A stretch of 64,000 bases of DNA from Octopus vulgaris (GCA_951406725.2 OX597836.1:11842001-11906000); one strand, 5' to 3'; shown: positions 38,483 through 54,075, counted from the stretch's first letter. Made by a program: numbers and translations. Notes: generated by a model not told the origin, from the sequence alone.

Positions 38483-38520
38483 TATATATGTATGTATATA
38501 TATATATGTGTGTGTGTATT

Positions 38521-38552
<32 letters not shown>

Positions 38553-38684
38553 TATGTATGTATGTATATATATATGTGTGTGTGTGTATTTATATATATA
38601 TATATATATATGCATGTATGAGTATGTATGTGTATGTACATATATGTACTTAGATATATATATATGTATATATATACGTATATA

Positions 38685-38729
<45 letters not shown>

Positions 38730-38801
38730 GCGTGTGTGTGTGTGTGTACATATACATATTTACATGTATATATATATATATATACATATACATATGTATA
38801 T

Positions 38802-38869
<68 letters not shown>

Positions 38870-38994
38870 AGGGAGAGAGAGAGACAGTGACAGACATATG
38901 CTTCACAATATCTATTTCAACCAAAATCATCTAAAAGCGAAGTATTTTTTTCACTGAAGGCACAAGATGTGTCTGCATGTTTATATATACATAC

Positions 38995-39054
<60 letters not shown>

Positions 39055-39426
39055 GTATGTATGTATGTATGTATGTATGTATGTATGTATGTATGTATGT
39101 ATGTATGTATATGTATGTACGGATGGGTGGATAGGTGGTAGGATGATGTCAAGTGAAGCTGAAAATGGAGACATTTATTATTCAGCTGTTTTTATTTCAC
39201 ATGTGTGTGCAATGAATAAGCAAATACTGTGTGTGCAGTTCACTTCTGGTTAATGTCTGTGCGAGTGTGTCCAGGTGTATGAGTATATGTAGATGTGTAC
39301 GTATATATTTATGTGTTTGCGTAAGTATATATATATGTATATGTGTATGATGAGCATATGTATATGATGTGAGCGAATATATCTATACATGATATATATA
39401 CAAATATGTATATACATGTATATGTA

Positions 39427-39471
<45 letters not shown>

Positions 39472-39500
39472 TGCGGTTATAAATAGATATGCACACACAA

Positions 39501-39539
<39 letters not shown>

Positions 39540-39783
39540 AATATATACGCATATATACATAAATACAAACGCATATATATATATATATATATATATATAC
39601 AGTGTATATCTTGTATGCCTTGCATATGGTATGCTCATTGGAGCATTTTAGCTCCTATTTCTAGCAATGTAGGTACTATTCACACCCTTAGGCAAGTTTA
39701 GTTGGCGACTGTAATTTACCTTTACGGTGTACCGATGCAAACAGCTGTTTTTATTAATTTTGTTTATGTGTATATATGTATAT

Positions 39784-39914
<131 letters not shown>

Positions 39915-40052
39915 AATATATATAAACATGTTCGTGTATATGCATGCGTGTGTGTATGTGTGTTATGTGAGACAAAGTGTGAGTCGGGCAAAAGAGAGAG
40001 ATGAAGGATGAACCTAAATTGTGTAAAAATGAGAAGATGACTTTCAGAGAAA

Positions 40053-40083
<31 letters not shown>

Positions 40084-40568
40084 AATGGCGGTGGCGGTGG
40101 TGGTGGTGGCGATGATCGAACGACAACGGACGAACGAGATGGGAAAAAAATGCGACACCGACGTTGACGGAAAGAAATGAAGAAAGAAAGAAAGAAATGG
40201 AAGAAAAATGAAAGAAACGCATTAAAAGAAAGACTAAAGAAGCCATGTTGGACAACGGTTGTATGGAGGTTAAGTTGCTGCAGAAGATCAAGTAAAATGG
40301 AGGGAAGAAACCGTCAAAAGATGGCCGACGGCTAAAAACTGCCCAGTTGGCAAATGTTGAAGTAATGTAATGTGGGAAATTTTTTTCTATTAAATGAAAT
40401 TAAACACCAGTCGTTGACCTTAAAATTCGGTGGAGTTAGTGACCTTCAAACTTACTTTAAAGAGAAAGAGAGAGAGAGAGAAGGAGAGAGAGAGAGAGAG
40501 AGAGACAGGCAGACACACAAACAAAACAGACAGAGAGAAAGACACGATTTATATTTTATTTCGTTTCC

Positions 40569-40692
<124 letters not shown>

Positions 40693-40765
40693 CATTATTA
40701 TTATTAGTTCTTGTTGTTGATGTTGTTGCTGCTGTTGTATGTATGCATGTATCTGTGTGTGTGTG

Positions 40766-40898
<133 letters not shown>

Positions 40899-40926
40899 TT
40901 ATATATATATATTCATATACATATAT

Positions 40927-40973
<47 letters not shown>

Positions 40974-40978
40974 TAAAG

Positions 40979-41047
<69 letters not shown>

Positions 41048-41369
41048 AAGATATATATATACATATATAATATATAAAGATTATATAATTTTAGCGGGAG
41101 GGAGTTTAGTCGATTACATCGACCCCATTATTGTTATTATTGTTACTATTATTATTACTACTACTATTATTATTATTATTATCTGTTGCTGCAGTGTGGT
41201 TCCCACACATTTATCAAACCCCATTAAATTGTTACCGCCATTTTAATTCCATGACCGTCTAAAGCCGTTCTAATGCAGCGAATTGCGAAGTGGCTGTTAC
41301 GTTAATGCACTGGATAAATTGCCCCCACGGTATTCGTTCCATCTCTCTCTCCTTCCCTCCCTCTCTCTA

Positions 41370-41444
<75 letters not shown>

Positions 41445-41572
41445 TCGGGGTACATATCCTGTTGAGGTCTGTTAACTTTGCTTTTCACTTTTCGGGATAG
41501 ATAAAGAAAAACAAAATCTATAGGACAGCCAAGCAGGATCGTGTGTGTGTGTGTATACGTGTGTGTGTGTAT

Positions 41573-41618
<46 letters not shown>

Positions 41619-41794
41619 ATTGTAGTTCTTGAAAGGATAGAAAGCCCGTAGAGTAGACCTTTTCGTGAATGTCTGATGAAGTGCCGCCCAGAAATAATCG
41701 ACTAAAAATTTTGCGTAATTTTTCATATGAAACCCTTGACGCACAATGGCAGCGTTAAAAAAACGGATTGGTACCAAAACAAATTACCTAATAA

Positions 41795-42305
41795 TGGTTT
41801 CAAATTTTGGACACAAGGTCAGCAATTTCTGATGAGGGCGTGAAGTCGATTACATCGACCCCAATACTTGACTGATATTTTTTTAACGAAATCGAAAGGA
41901 TGTAAAGTATTGTCAACCTCGGTGGATTTTGAACTCGGAACGCAAATACAAACGAAATACCTATTTCTTTATTACCCACAAGGGGCTAAACACAGAGAGG
42001 ACAAACGGATTAAGTCGATTATATCGACCCCAGGGCGTAACTGGTACTTAATTTTATCGACTCCGAAAGGATGAAAGGCAAAGTCGACCTCTGCGGAATT
42101 TGAACTCAGAACGTAACGGCAGACGAAATACCTATTTCTTTACTACCCACAAGGGGCTAAACACAGAGGGGACAAACAAGGACAGACATAGGTATTAAGT
42201 CGATTACATCGACCTCGGCGGAATTTGAACCCACAACGTAACGCAGACGAAATACCGCTAACCATTTCGTCCAGCATGTAAACGATCCTGCCTGCTCACC
42301 GCCTC
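41795..42305 (-). mobile_element. Multimeric SINE family B
   Basis: Two ACGAAATACC|TATTTCTTTA junctions at ~41952 and ~42123. Confidence 0.85.
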
Positions 42306-42361
42306 ATTTGTAACTAATAGTTAAAATGTGCTAGATTCATTCGTTGTCTTCTTATTTGGAT

Positions 42362-42443
<82 letters not shown>

Positions 42444-42899
42444 CGTGTTTGTGTGTGTGTGTTATAAATTATTCATAAGCTGTTTCAATAACAAAAATCC
42501 TTCGATCATATGACGGAATATTTAAATTATCAATCGAAAGTTACTTTCATATATCGTCTGTTATTACAGAAAACACTCTACTGGTTGTTGTATAATAGAC
42601 GGTCCAGGAACATTAAAGTCTTTTATAATTCTTTCGTAAACACAACAGAAAAGATATAGAGCAACATAAAATTCTTAATGCCTTGAATAATGTGACATAA
42701 TAACAATATTTGAAAGTCTGTAAAATTCTATTATAACGATTATCCAAGAAAGATATTGTTTACGAGAAAAAATTGATCTCGTTAAATATAATTCATTTTA
42801 CTGTGATTAATAGAGGAAGATCATATTACAAAAGATCATATTAGAAAAAGTGTAGGCGACTCGAAATGAATTATTCAAGATGTATAGAGAGAAAATACC

Positions 42900-43300
42900 A
42901 CCATAGACCGAAAAATGCAACCAAACATCCTATGAATGTATCAAAATTCATTACAACCATGATGAGCGTGAGGGCAACTCACGCTCATCTTAATTATCTA
43001 ACAGATGGTGTGAAAATTTGTAGCAATTCGTATCTTCTGTGTATGCAACTAGAAATCATTTCTGAATATTTATGTAAGGGATGAGTTTCTGATATTTAAA
43101 TCTTATAAGGTTCTGAAATGTATAATGCACAAGGCTTGCTAACTGTTTCCCTGTCCTGTGTATCATTTATGATACGCAGAGCATATTTCTCTGACGTCCA
43201 TGCATCAAATATGATACCCATTCCCAAATTATTTTCAAACACCGGAATAACTTGGGACTTCTGAAACAAAGGCTGACTAAAAGTCTGAAAGCAAATATGG
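42900..43300 (-). mobile_element. Possible highly decayed CR1/Jockey-group LINE relic
   Basis: Peptide patches FQKSQVIPVF and KYALRIIND...VSKPCALY resemble RT-region motifs; weak. Confidence 0.3.
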
Positions 43301-43774
43301 ACATTTAGGACATTTATGAAAATTATTTGGACAGGCAAAGGGTTAAGACTTCTATTCAGTTTCGCTACTGAAATCATTTCCAATGGACACCGAAGTCTGT
43401 ATCATTAGTTTTGAATCTTCAAACGAAATCCTGCAGGCATGTTTCATTATTCTAGGCAGATTCCAGAGTGAGTTAAGGTGATGAGAATAACTCCTTTTGA
43501 ATTAGTTCGTAGGTAATCCAATATATGATTTCGAAGCATTTGCATTCAGAGTGTCGCGCCAACCAAAACCTTTAGTATGTTTTACCGTGACACACATTGT
43601 ATTGGAGATTCGAAATATTGAACTATCCAAGAAGAACAGTGCAAATTTCGACGTCCGAGAGGAGAGTCAGACCTCGACGTTCAAATGGAAATTAATTTGG
43701 TTTGTATAATTAGAATATGCAGACTGTTAAGTAATATTGTAATTATAAACTTTGGATTAAATTATATACGGTAA

Positions 43775-43870
<96 letters not shown>

Positions 43871-43935
43871 CATTATTATTATTATTATTATTACTATTAT
43901 TATTATTATTGTTATTATCATTGTTATTATTATTA

Positions 43936-44110
43936 AGGTGGTGTGCTGACAAAATTGCTACCGCGCTGGACAAAAGATTTAGCAGCATCTCTTCTGGCCC
44001 TAGGTCCTGAGTTCAAATATTGCCGAGTCTACTTTGCCTTTCATCCCTTCGGGGTCGATGAAATCGATTTAGTCCCCAAAATTTCAGGCCTTCTGCCTGA
44101 AGTAAAAAGG
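43936..44110 (+). mobile_element. SINE family B, degenerate
   Basis: GAGTTCAAAT..CGAGTCTACTTTGCCTTTCATCCCTTCGGGGTCGAT. Confidence 0.75.
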
Positions 44111-44158
44111 ATTACTATAACATGTCACCTGTTCTTTGTTAAATGGCACCCGTATACT

Positions 44159-44441
44159 GTGGAGGCACTTGGCTTCGTGTTTAGGGTGTTGGACTCATGT
44201 TCGTAAGATTGTGGTTTCGATTCCTGGACCGGGCGACGCGTTGTGTTCTTGAGCAAAACACTTCATTTCACGTTGCTCCAGTCCACACAGGTGGCAGAAA
44301 TGAGTAACCCTGCAACGGATCGGTGTCCCGTCCAGGTGGGGAATACATAAGCCATGGAAACCGGGAAACCAGCCCTTATGAATCGATAGTCGGCACTTAT
44401 GAATCCAGAAACCGGCCCTTATGAGTCGAGAAGGTAACTTT
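44159..44441 (+). mobile_element. tRNA-derived SINE, family D (V-domain-like central motif)
   Basis: Head like family C (GGTTTCGATTCCTGGACCGGGCG), then AACCCTGCAACGGATCGGTGTCCCGTCCAGG and a duplicated GAAACC.GCCCTTATGA. Confidence 0.7.
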
Positions 44442-44444
44442 ACC

Positions 44445-44842
44445 CAACTCGTACGCAGGCTTTTCATTGTTGATGACACTAGCTCCGCTCATGTGCTACT
44501 CTCCACTATCTTGGTCTGAATCTGTGGAGATTATCTCACCATTTGAAGTCCTCAACAACCACGGTTTTCTTTGTAGTTTCTGGGGAGTGCGGTGAGAGCA
44601 ATCGAGCTGGTTACCCTTGAGAACCGTCTGCTGTTTGTCGAGCACACCACACGGCCTGCCTAGTTCCACTTCAACTTGTTTACGTCTACGAGAATGTGAT
44701 ATAGAACGTAAGTCTTTCGTGACCCAGTTGTATTGCTCTTAGTTTTAAAATGAGATTTTCCTTCGATTCCGAGTCTCTGAACCGTAAGTAATTGTTGGTG
44801 GTATATACATTCGTTGTATGCTCTTCTCTTCAGATAAAAATG

Positions 44843-44845
<3 letters not shown>
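44445..44845 (-). mobile_element. RTE-clade LINE 3' fragment, degenerate
   Basis: LKRRAYNECI / PPTITYGSET / KLKWN*AGRV match the RTE C-terminal motifs (TYGSETW, KWxWAGHV). Confidence 0.75.
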
Positions 44846-44906
<61 letters not shown>

Positions 44907-45099
44907 CACACACACGCACATGCACGCACATACGCACATATACATGCATTTATGCGTATGTGTGTATTTATGGATAATATTGTGTGGGTGAATGTATAGT
45001 GGAGCATAAAATTAAAATAACCACCCCAACCTCCCATTGAGATACATCCAGATACATATCTCCTTGCTTGTGTCTATGGAGGAAATAATCATATACATA

Positions 45100-45188
<89 letters not shown>

Positions 45189-45447
45189 ATATATATATAT
45201 CATATATATATATATACCTGTGTGTGCGTATGTATGTATTTATATGAATGTATGTCTGTATGTATATATATATATGTGTGTATATATATATGTACGTATA
45301 TATATGTAAATGTATGTATTTGTATGTATATATATGTATATGTATATGAATGTATGTGTATATGCATATATTTGTATTTTAATATATGTACGTATGTATA
45401 TATGTATGTATATGTATATATGTAAACGTATGTATATACATGCATAC

Positions 45448-45479
<32 letters not shown>

Positions 45480-45585
45480 CCATATAATCTATATATATAT
45501 TGATATATGTATATATGCATATGTATATATATGTATGCATATGTACGAATATGTATATATATATATTTATATATGTATATGTAAT

Positions 45586-45666
<81 letters not shown>

Positions 45667-45766
45667 CCATACTGTAAATCACGTTAACATACGATACTTT
45701 GGGGATTTTAGTTTTGTCTACATTTTTTCATTTATTTCTTTCTAAAGAGTTTGAAATTTATTGGAA

Positions 45767-45797
<31 letters not shown>

Positions 45798-46243
45798 GTC
45801 TTTATATATATATGTAAATATATATATGTGTGTATGTGAGCGTCTGTGTGTGTGTTTACTATATGTGTGTGTGTGTGCCCATGTGTGTGTGTTTGTGCGT
45901 CTGTTTGTGTGCATATTGGTGAATAAATCTCTATACACATGGACGTATCTGTTTGTTTATATGTATGTTTGTTTGTCTACGTATGTTTGTTGACTTGAAA
46001 GCGATGAATACCTCTTTGATCAACGTTTCTGCCTATAGTATATAAGTATGGATGGTTTTATTTTAATCTAATTCTTTTTTCTTATTTCTCTTTTTCTCTC
46101 TCTCTTTTATTTTTTTTTGTGTGTTTCGTTTCAGCTGATTTTTATGACAACACGACATTGCTTCAATACTTGTACAAATTTCTTTCCGTTTTTTTTTTTT
46201 TCCATAACAGTTTTGCGTTGCTATTTTTTTTTTTCATTCATCG

Positions 46244-46288
<45 letters not shown>

Positions 46289-46684
46289 TTTTTTCTAATT
46301 TTATTTTATCGGTAAAGATGAAAAGTTGTCAAAACGAGAAGTATATTAACTTTCAGAGAAAATTGAAGACATAGCGAAGCATTCTTCCGTTGTTTAAAAT
46401 GGCAGATTTTTTTGAAAACAGCGCTAAAAGATCATTGCAGCGATGTAATATAAGTGAATTGGGGTTTTCTTTCTGTTTTCTTTTTCTTTTTATGGTGGTG
46501 GTGGTGGTGGTGGTGGTGGGGCCGACTGTAAAGAATTTGGAGGGAAAATTGTAGAAGGTTTAGAAGGAAGCAAAATTTCGATGGATTTTGATGGCGAAAA
46601 AATAAGCTTCGATAGGACGGGTTTTTTGTTTTATATAAATTTCATCCTACCTCTGAGTATGCAGATGTACGCATGTATGTGAGT

Positions 46685-47130
46685 ACGTACGTACGAACGA
46701 GCTTATGACTATGTATGTGTATGTACTTACTTATGCTTGTGTGTATATATGTACGTATGTATGCATGTACGTACGAACGTCCGTACTGATGTATGTATGT
46801 ATGTATGTATGCATGTATGTATGTATGTATGAATGTATGTTTGTATGTTTGTATGTATGTATGTATGTATGTATGTATGTATGTATGTATGTATGCAGGC
46901 ATGTATGTATGTATATATGTATGCATGTACGTACGAACGTCCATACTGATGTATGTATGTATATATGTATGTAATGTATGTATGTATGTATGTTTGTATG
47001 TATGTATGTATGTTTGTATGTATGTATGTATGTATGTATGTTTGTATGTATGTATGTATGTATGCATGTACGTACGAACGTCCATACTGATGTATGTATG
47101 TATGTATGTATGTATGTTTGTAAGTATGCA
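46685..47130. repeat. (TATG)n array with higher-order unit GCATGTACGTACGAACGTCC.TACTGATG, three copies
   Basis: Unit at ~46763, 46923 and 47064. Confidence 0.85.
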
Positions 47131-48496
47131 TGTATGTATGCATGCATCTATGTATTATACAAGTACTTATTTATGTGCGTATGTATGAATGTATGTATAC
47201 ATGTACGACTTATCTATATATGTACGTACGCATTTATGCATGTATATATATATGCGTATACATGTATGCGTGTATGTATGTACGTTTGTAAGGCCTTAAT
47301 GCATGGGCAACTAGGCCGTTCCCGGCGGCCTCACGGCCCTAGGGGTCCAATTCCGATCTATATATCATGTAGGATTTTTGTTATCTATCTCTGTGTGATA
47401 TCTGCATTTGTAGGGTGCCTCACACATTTTCCCTACAATGTTGTAGAAAGGAATAAAACGGCAGGAACACGAATAGCTGAACAAATAACAATAATAGTTT
47501 ATTAATTTCACAGAAGGAGATACTTCATCGCTGGTCATCGATAGCATGAACACCAGGGTTAGGAAACCAGTAGAGTCGGATTAAATCACCAAATCACCAT
47601 GGTTAAGACAGTCTTCACCGCCCGCGGGGTCTGGTTCGCCCCTTCGCTCAGAGCCTTGTCGGGACACGTCTTAATTCATCGACCACCAAGAGCCAAGAGG
47701 CTTGGAATATCGGGAAAGGCTAACTACTTATAGTTACTGCACATGCGCATCAGGGGACTTCCGGCAGGCTACCGGAAGACACCAAACGTTGCACAATTGC
47801 TGATGGGCATCCTAAAATGGCGTCTAAAACCTGGCGTCACTACAAATATTTTAAGGCCCAGTCCATTCATTTGCCCAGGGGCCTATAATGGCGCCAGGAC
47901 TGCCTTGCACGTATGTTGTACGTACATAGATATGTATGTTTATATGTACCAGTGTATATATTTACTTATGTACATATACACGTTTGCATGTATGTATGTA
48001 TGTATGTATGTATGTATGTATGTATGTATGTATGTATGTGTATATATGTATGCAAGCATTTGCTTACATGTACGTATATATATACATATATGTATGTATA
48101 TACTATACGTATATACATACATGTGTGTGTGAGTGTGTGTGTGTGTCCTGGCGTCGAGTTTTTAATTTGTCAAATTAGAGCACGTCTCCAACTCAAAATC
48201 TAGGTTATGGGCGTACGTTTGCATGTATGTATGTATGTATCTATATATGTGTACGTATATATACATGCATGTATATATTGTATGTATATATGTATGTCCT
48301 GGCTTTAATCGTTTAATTTCTTGTCTATATAGAACTTGTCTCCAATTTAGAAACTAGGTCATGTGCGTACGTTTGCATGCGTCTATTTTGTACGTACGTA
48401 TGTATGTATGCTTAAGTGTATGCATGTATGCCTTTGCGTATATGTATGTATGCTTTTGCCTATATGTATGTACGTGGATGTATATCTCTCTCTCTG

Positions 48497-48707
48497 CTCT
48501 TTCACTTGTTTCAGTCATTTGACTGCGCCCATGCTGGAGCACCGCCTTTAGTCGAGCAAATCGACCCCAGGACTTACTGTTTGTAAGCCTAGTACTTATT
48601 CTATCGGTCACTTTTGCGGAACCGCTAGGTGACTGGGGCCTAAACATACCAGCATCGGTTGTCAAGCAATGTTGGGGGGACAAACACAGACACATAAACG
48701 ACGCACA

Positions 48708-48754
<47 letters not shown>

Positions 48755-49158
48755 TCGATCCTTTTTCTAAGAAATCTAATGCTCGTAGCTTAGTTTTTCC
48801 TTGGGGCTGTCCAGATCGGAGCAATCTCAAGATTAATCAGCCGAAACTGCGAGGATGATCCGGTTCTTGACTGAAGATTAGAGGCTTCGAATGACCCGTC
48901 CGTTTTTTGTATCGTCTATTTGAATATTTTGGGTTCTTGTCCCATTTTGTATTTTTATATATATATTTTATATATATATACATATGCATATATTCGACGG
49001 GCTTCTTTCAGTTTTCGTCTACCAAATCCACTCACAAGGTTTTGGTCGGCCCGAAGGCTATAGTAGAAGACACTTGTCCAAGGTGCCACGCAGTGGGACT
49101 GAACCCGGTACCATGAGGTTGGTAAGCAAGCTACTTACCACACAGCCACTCCTGCGCC
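48497..49158 (-). mobile_element. SINE family A with a ~205-bp element inserted in its internal (TA)n (48751-48955)
   Basis: Both SINE halves flank the insert; the insert end TTCTTGTCCCATTTTGT also occurs as an inverted repeat at ~17899-17957. Confidence 0.85.
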
Positions 49159-49654
49159 CTATAAGTAAATAAAAATAAATAAAAATAAATATACAAATAA
49201 ATAAATAATCGATTCTCCAATGTTGGGCAGCTATGCGGACAATAGTTATGGTAGCATCTGGCAACGCAGGCCTCTCTCAGACCCAGGCACCCACACTCTG
49301 CCACTGACTCTCACTTAGTTGCTTTTAAGCATCAGTTGCATTAGGCTGAAAACAGTGTTGAAAAATATAAATCTGACATACGACCAAATCGACTTACGAA
49401 CTGTCAGTCGGAACGGAACTCGGTCGTAAGTCGAGAAGAAGGTGTATATAGCTGCCCAACATTGGAAAATCGATTATTTATTTATTTATTTATATATTTA
49501 TTTTTATTTACTTATAGGGCGCAGGAGTGGCTGTGTGGTAAGTAGCTTGCTTACCAACCACATGGTTCCGGGTTCAGTCCCACTGCGAGGCACCTTGGAC
49601 AAGTGTCATCTACTATAGCTTCGGGCCGACCAAAGCCTTGTGATTGGATTTGGT
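49021..49654. repeat. Inverted duplication (~210-bp arms, ~213-bp spacer) of a SINE A head plus unique flank
   Basis: 49021-49234 is the reverse complement of 49448-49654, including non-SINE ATCGATT.TCCAATGTTGGGCAGCTAT. Confidence 0.88.
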
Positions 49655-50254
49655 CGTAAGTCGAGAAGGTGTATATGTATGTGTGTATATATGTGTGTGT
49701 GCATATCTATGTATCTATGTACGTATATATATGTATGTACGTATGTATGTGTGTATGCTTATATATGTATGTGTAAGTTTACGTGTGTGTGTATGTGTGT
49801 GCATACCATAATACACACGTAATTTATTTATATATACATACACCACATAGCTTAGCCCCATATTTAAACCATTCCTGAATACATTTAATCTGTATTTATG
49901 CCTATCATTTAATTATATTTTAAATAACAAACATGTCACGATAGTTTAAACTTATTACTAATTCACTGGCGATAAAGTGAAATGTTAATATTTGCAGGAA
50001 CGTCGAACCCCATCTCATACAGTTCTCTCATTACTGTTTGTAATTATATCTTCATTTTGTCAATGATGATATTAGATAAGAAATTTCTCGTGACATTAAC
50101 AGGATACTATAAATGTCCTCATTTCTTTCTTTTTTAAATTCTATTTCTTGTGTCCTTAGACTAATAAGATCAGCTACCCATCTTCCTCGGCATGCGAGAG
50201 ACCAAAATCAGAACTTTCCCTCTGAACGGGGTGCCAGTCCAGTGCAGGGTTGAA

Positions 50255-50613
50255 AGCCAGCAATTTTGGTGTCGATGGGTGGGGGAGGTCGGAGTCTACT
50301 ACATCTAACTTAGTACTCAATTGGTAGTTTATTTTATCAAACCCTAAAGGAATGAAAGGCGAAGTGGACTTCGGCGGGGCTTTGATCTCAGAACGTATAG
50401 AGCCGGAACAATGCCGCTAAGCATTTTTGCCCGACATGCTACGGCTCTGCCAATTCGACCCTTAATGATAATAATTCAAATAATAATAATAATAATAATG
50501 GTTCTGGGTTCAGTCTCACTGCGTAGCACCTTGGGCAAGTGTCTTCTACTATAGCCCCGGGCCGACCAAAGCCTTGTGAGTGGATTTGGTAGACGGAAAC
50601 TGAAAGAAGCCCG

Positions 50614-50678
<65 letters not shown>

Positions 50679-50882
50679 TTGTATGTCTGTGTTTGTCCGC
50701 CCAAAATCGCTTGACAACCGATGCTGGTGTATTTACGTCCCCGTAACTTAGCGGTTCGGCAAAAGAGACCGATAGTATAAGTACTAGGCTTACAAAGAAT
50801 AAGTCCTGGGGTCGATTTGCTCGACTAAAGGCGGTGCTCCAGCGTGGCCACAGTCAAATGACTGAAACAAGTAGAAGAGTAA

Positions 50883-50884
<2 letters not shown>
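50255..50884. mobile_element. SINE family B (-, 50255-50465) followed by 5'-truncated SINE family A (+, 50499-50884)
   Basis: Family motifs. Confidence 0.85.
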
Positions 50885-50942
<58 letters not shown>

Positions 50943-50955
50943 TATATAAAAAAAA

Positions 50956-51028
<73 letters not shown>

Positions 51029-51099
51029 CAGACATAAAAAGACTTAACATTTGTTCCTCTTGAAATATTAAAGAACCGAGCAAAGAAATTGGTCAAAGC

Positions 51100-51133
<34 letters not shown>

Positions 51134-51398
51134 GCAACAACAACAACAACAAAATAAACAGAATTCTAAGAGATTCAAGACGGTAAAGAAAGCGTCCATG
51201 TAAAGTGTCTCCTTTGATGTCAGACAATATCAGAAGTCTTTTAGAGATCTATCTCTTCATACATTTAATTTCTCACTATTATTACATTGTAGCGAGTTTT
51301 AAGAATGGCAATTTTCCTATAAAATTAGAGAAATCCCTCTAGATGAAGGTAGTAATCAACTCTGTCATCACCTCCTTTCCCATCGCCTCTCTCTCACT

Positions 51399-51464
<66 letters not shown>

Positions 51465-51568
51465 ATCTGTCTATCTATCTAGCTCTCAGTTTCTCTACCC
51501 CTTCGCTCGCTCTCTCCCTCTCACTAACCTTTTTCTCTCTATCTATCTATCTCCGTATATATATATAT

Positions 51569-51668
<100 letters not shown>

Positions 51669-51802
51669 GTATGTAAGTGTGTGTTTTGTGTACGCCTTTC
51701 TGTCTCTGCTTGTTTGTCTGTCTGTCTATCTGTCCGTTTGTCTTCCTCTTTCGCTCTCTCTTCCTCTCTTCCTCCTTGCCTCTCTACTCTCTCTCTCTTT
51801 CG

Positions 51803-51836
<34 letters not shown>

Positions 51837-52098
51837 ATGTATGCGTATATATAAATATATTTTGTGTGTGTGTTTGTATACGTATGTGTATATACGTGTA
51901 TTTACATGCCTCTCTGTCTGTGATTGTGTCTGTGCACGTATTCTTTCACTCTTTTAATCGTTTCAGTCATTTTGAATATGACCATGCTGGAGCACCGCTT
52001 TTAGTCGAGCAAATCGAGCCCAGGACTTATTCTTTGTAAGCCTAATACTTATTCTATCGGTCTCTTTTTGCCGAACCGCTAAGTTACGGAGACGTGTG

Positions 52099-52207
<109 letters not shown>

Positions 52208-52248
52208 GGGTGTATATATATATGTATATGTACATATATATATATAAA

Positions 52249-52291
<43 letters not shown>

Positions 52292-52292
52292 A

Positions 52293-52350
<58 letters not shown>

Positions 52351-52369
52351 AATATATACACACATACAC

Positions 52370-52420
<51 letters not shown>

Positions 52421-52423
<3 letters not shown>

Positions 52424-52638
52424 TAATCCTTCGCCATATCACGGTTCACCTATCGCGCTTTATTATTTAAGCTTACACCGATTCCTCGTGTTGTTTTACG
52501 TTTATGATAAAATAAATATATACAAATAATAAAAATAATTTTAAAAAAACACACAGTACTGTACTGTTTCTACGGATTTTCACCTATCGCGAGGGAGGGG
52601 GTTGGAAAGTAACACCCGCGATAGTCAAGGGATTATTG
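52421..52638. mobile_element. Tc1/mariner-pogo (Tigger-like) MITE
   Basis: TA-CAGTAATCCTTCGCCATATCACGG ... CCGCGATAGTCAAGGGATTATTG-TA. Confidence 0.75.
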
Positions 52639-52837
52639 TATATGAATATATGAATGCATGTATGTGTGTTTATGCTCCGAACTTAACGGTTCGGGAAAAC
52701 AGATCAATAAAATAAGTGCTAGGCTTACAAAGAATAAGTCCTCAAGTCGATTTCTTTAAGGCCGTGCTCCAGCATGGCCGCAGTCAAATGACTGAAACAA
52801 GTAAAAGAATAAATATATGCGACAGTCTTTCAGTTTT

Positions 52838-53058
52838 TTATTTCTTTATTGCCCACAAGGGGCTAAACATAGAGGGGACAAACAAGGGTTAAGTCGATGA
52901 TATCGACCCCAGTGCATAACTGGTACTTAATTTATCGACCCCGAAAGGATGAAAGGCAAAGTCGACCTCGGCGGAATTTGAACTCAGAACGTAGCGGCAG
53001 ACGAAATACCGCTAAGCATTTCGCCCGGCGTGCTAACGTTTCTGCCAGCTCGCCGCCT
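52838..53058 (-). mobile_element. Young SINE family B inserted into a SINE A remnant
   Basis: Near-consensus B; flanking repeat TCTTTCAGTTT on both sides; SINE A continues at 53060-53213. Confidence 0.85.
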
Positions 53059-54075
53059 TCTTTCAGTTTCTGTCTACCAAATCCACTCACAAAGGGTTAA
53101 TTGGTTTCAGGGTATATTTCGAATATACCCTATGAGTATACCCTAATGTGCCACACAGTGAGATTGAACCCGGCACCACTTCAGATGCAAACTTCTTACC
53201 GTACAGCCACGCCTTCTCTAAGCTTATTATGATATGATTTTGATCTCGACATAAGTTTCCACTTCAGCTTGGTCAGTCGCAATCATGATCACGTGGTACT
53301 GAATATGGTTATTGTACACAGAATCGTCTGGTTTTCGCATTTCAAAAAACGAAAAAGAAAAAGAACAAAAGAAAGAAATAGTATAGATATATACACACAT
53401 ATTGTCGTTATGACAGTCTGGAAGGTTTGTAAAGCGACTTATTTTAACCAAGTCGAAACACGTCTTTAGTTAAGAAATATTTAATCTCCGTTTCTGACAA
53501 ACTGACACGTTTAACAAAGGACATTAGAGATTTTTGTCTGCTAATATAAAGAAGATGTATATAAATAAATAAATGAACTTTTCTTCAAGATGGAGTTTTC
53601 TCAATTTGTAAAAAAAAAAAAAAAAATTTAATAGAAAAATAGAAATTTTTTCTTTACTTCTTGTTCGGGAGCTGATGGGGGTGGGAGCGAATATGTTTGT
53701 ATTTTGATACGGACGTTATTCTTTATCATCTTTTGCGATACAGAAGCCAAAGGATGGAGATAAATAAAAGAGTTTACTAATAAAACATAGCCTTTACTTG
53801 CTCTTTAACTAGAAAATAGCTCTCATCTAGCTGGAGTTAGTATCGAACGCAAGTCAGCTGTGACTCTTCCGTCTTTGTTTTCAGACAATACTTCTTAGGC
53901 CTCTATTAAGTAAAGATGTCCCATTTTCATGAGAGAGTAGTGTGTGATTTGGTTATTATTTCTAGCAGCTCGAGCGACCATGTAACAGCTCTCACTTCGA
54001 CTGTTGGTTATTTTCTAGGAGTGAGAACATGCGAAGGACTCTGGTTGACAGGGAGTGTGAGGAGGCCCATCGTGT

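Noticed and set aside
47290-47908. Possible DNA transposon with GC-rich ends
   Set aside because: Could not define matching TIRs or a TSD by eye.
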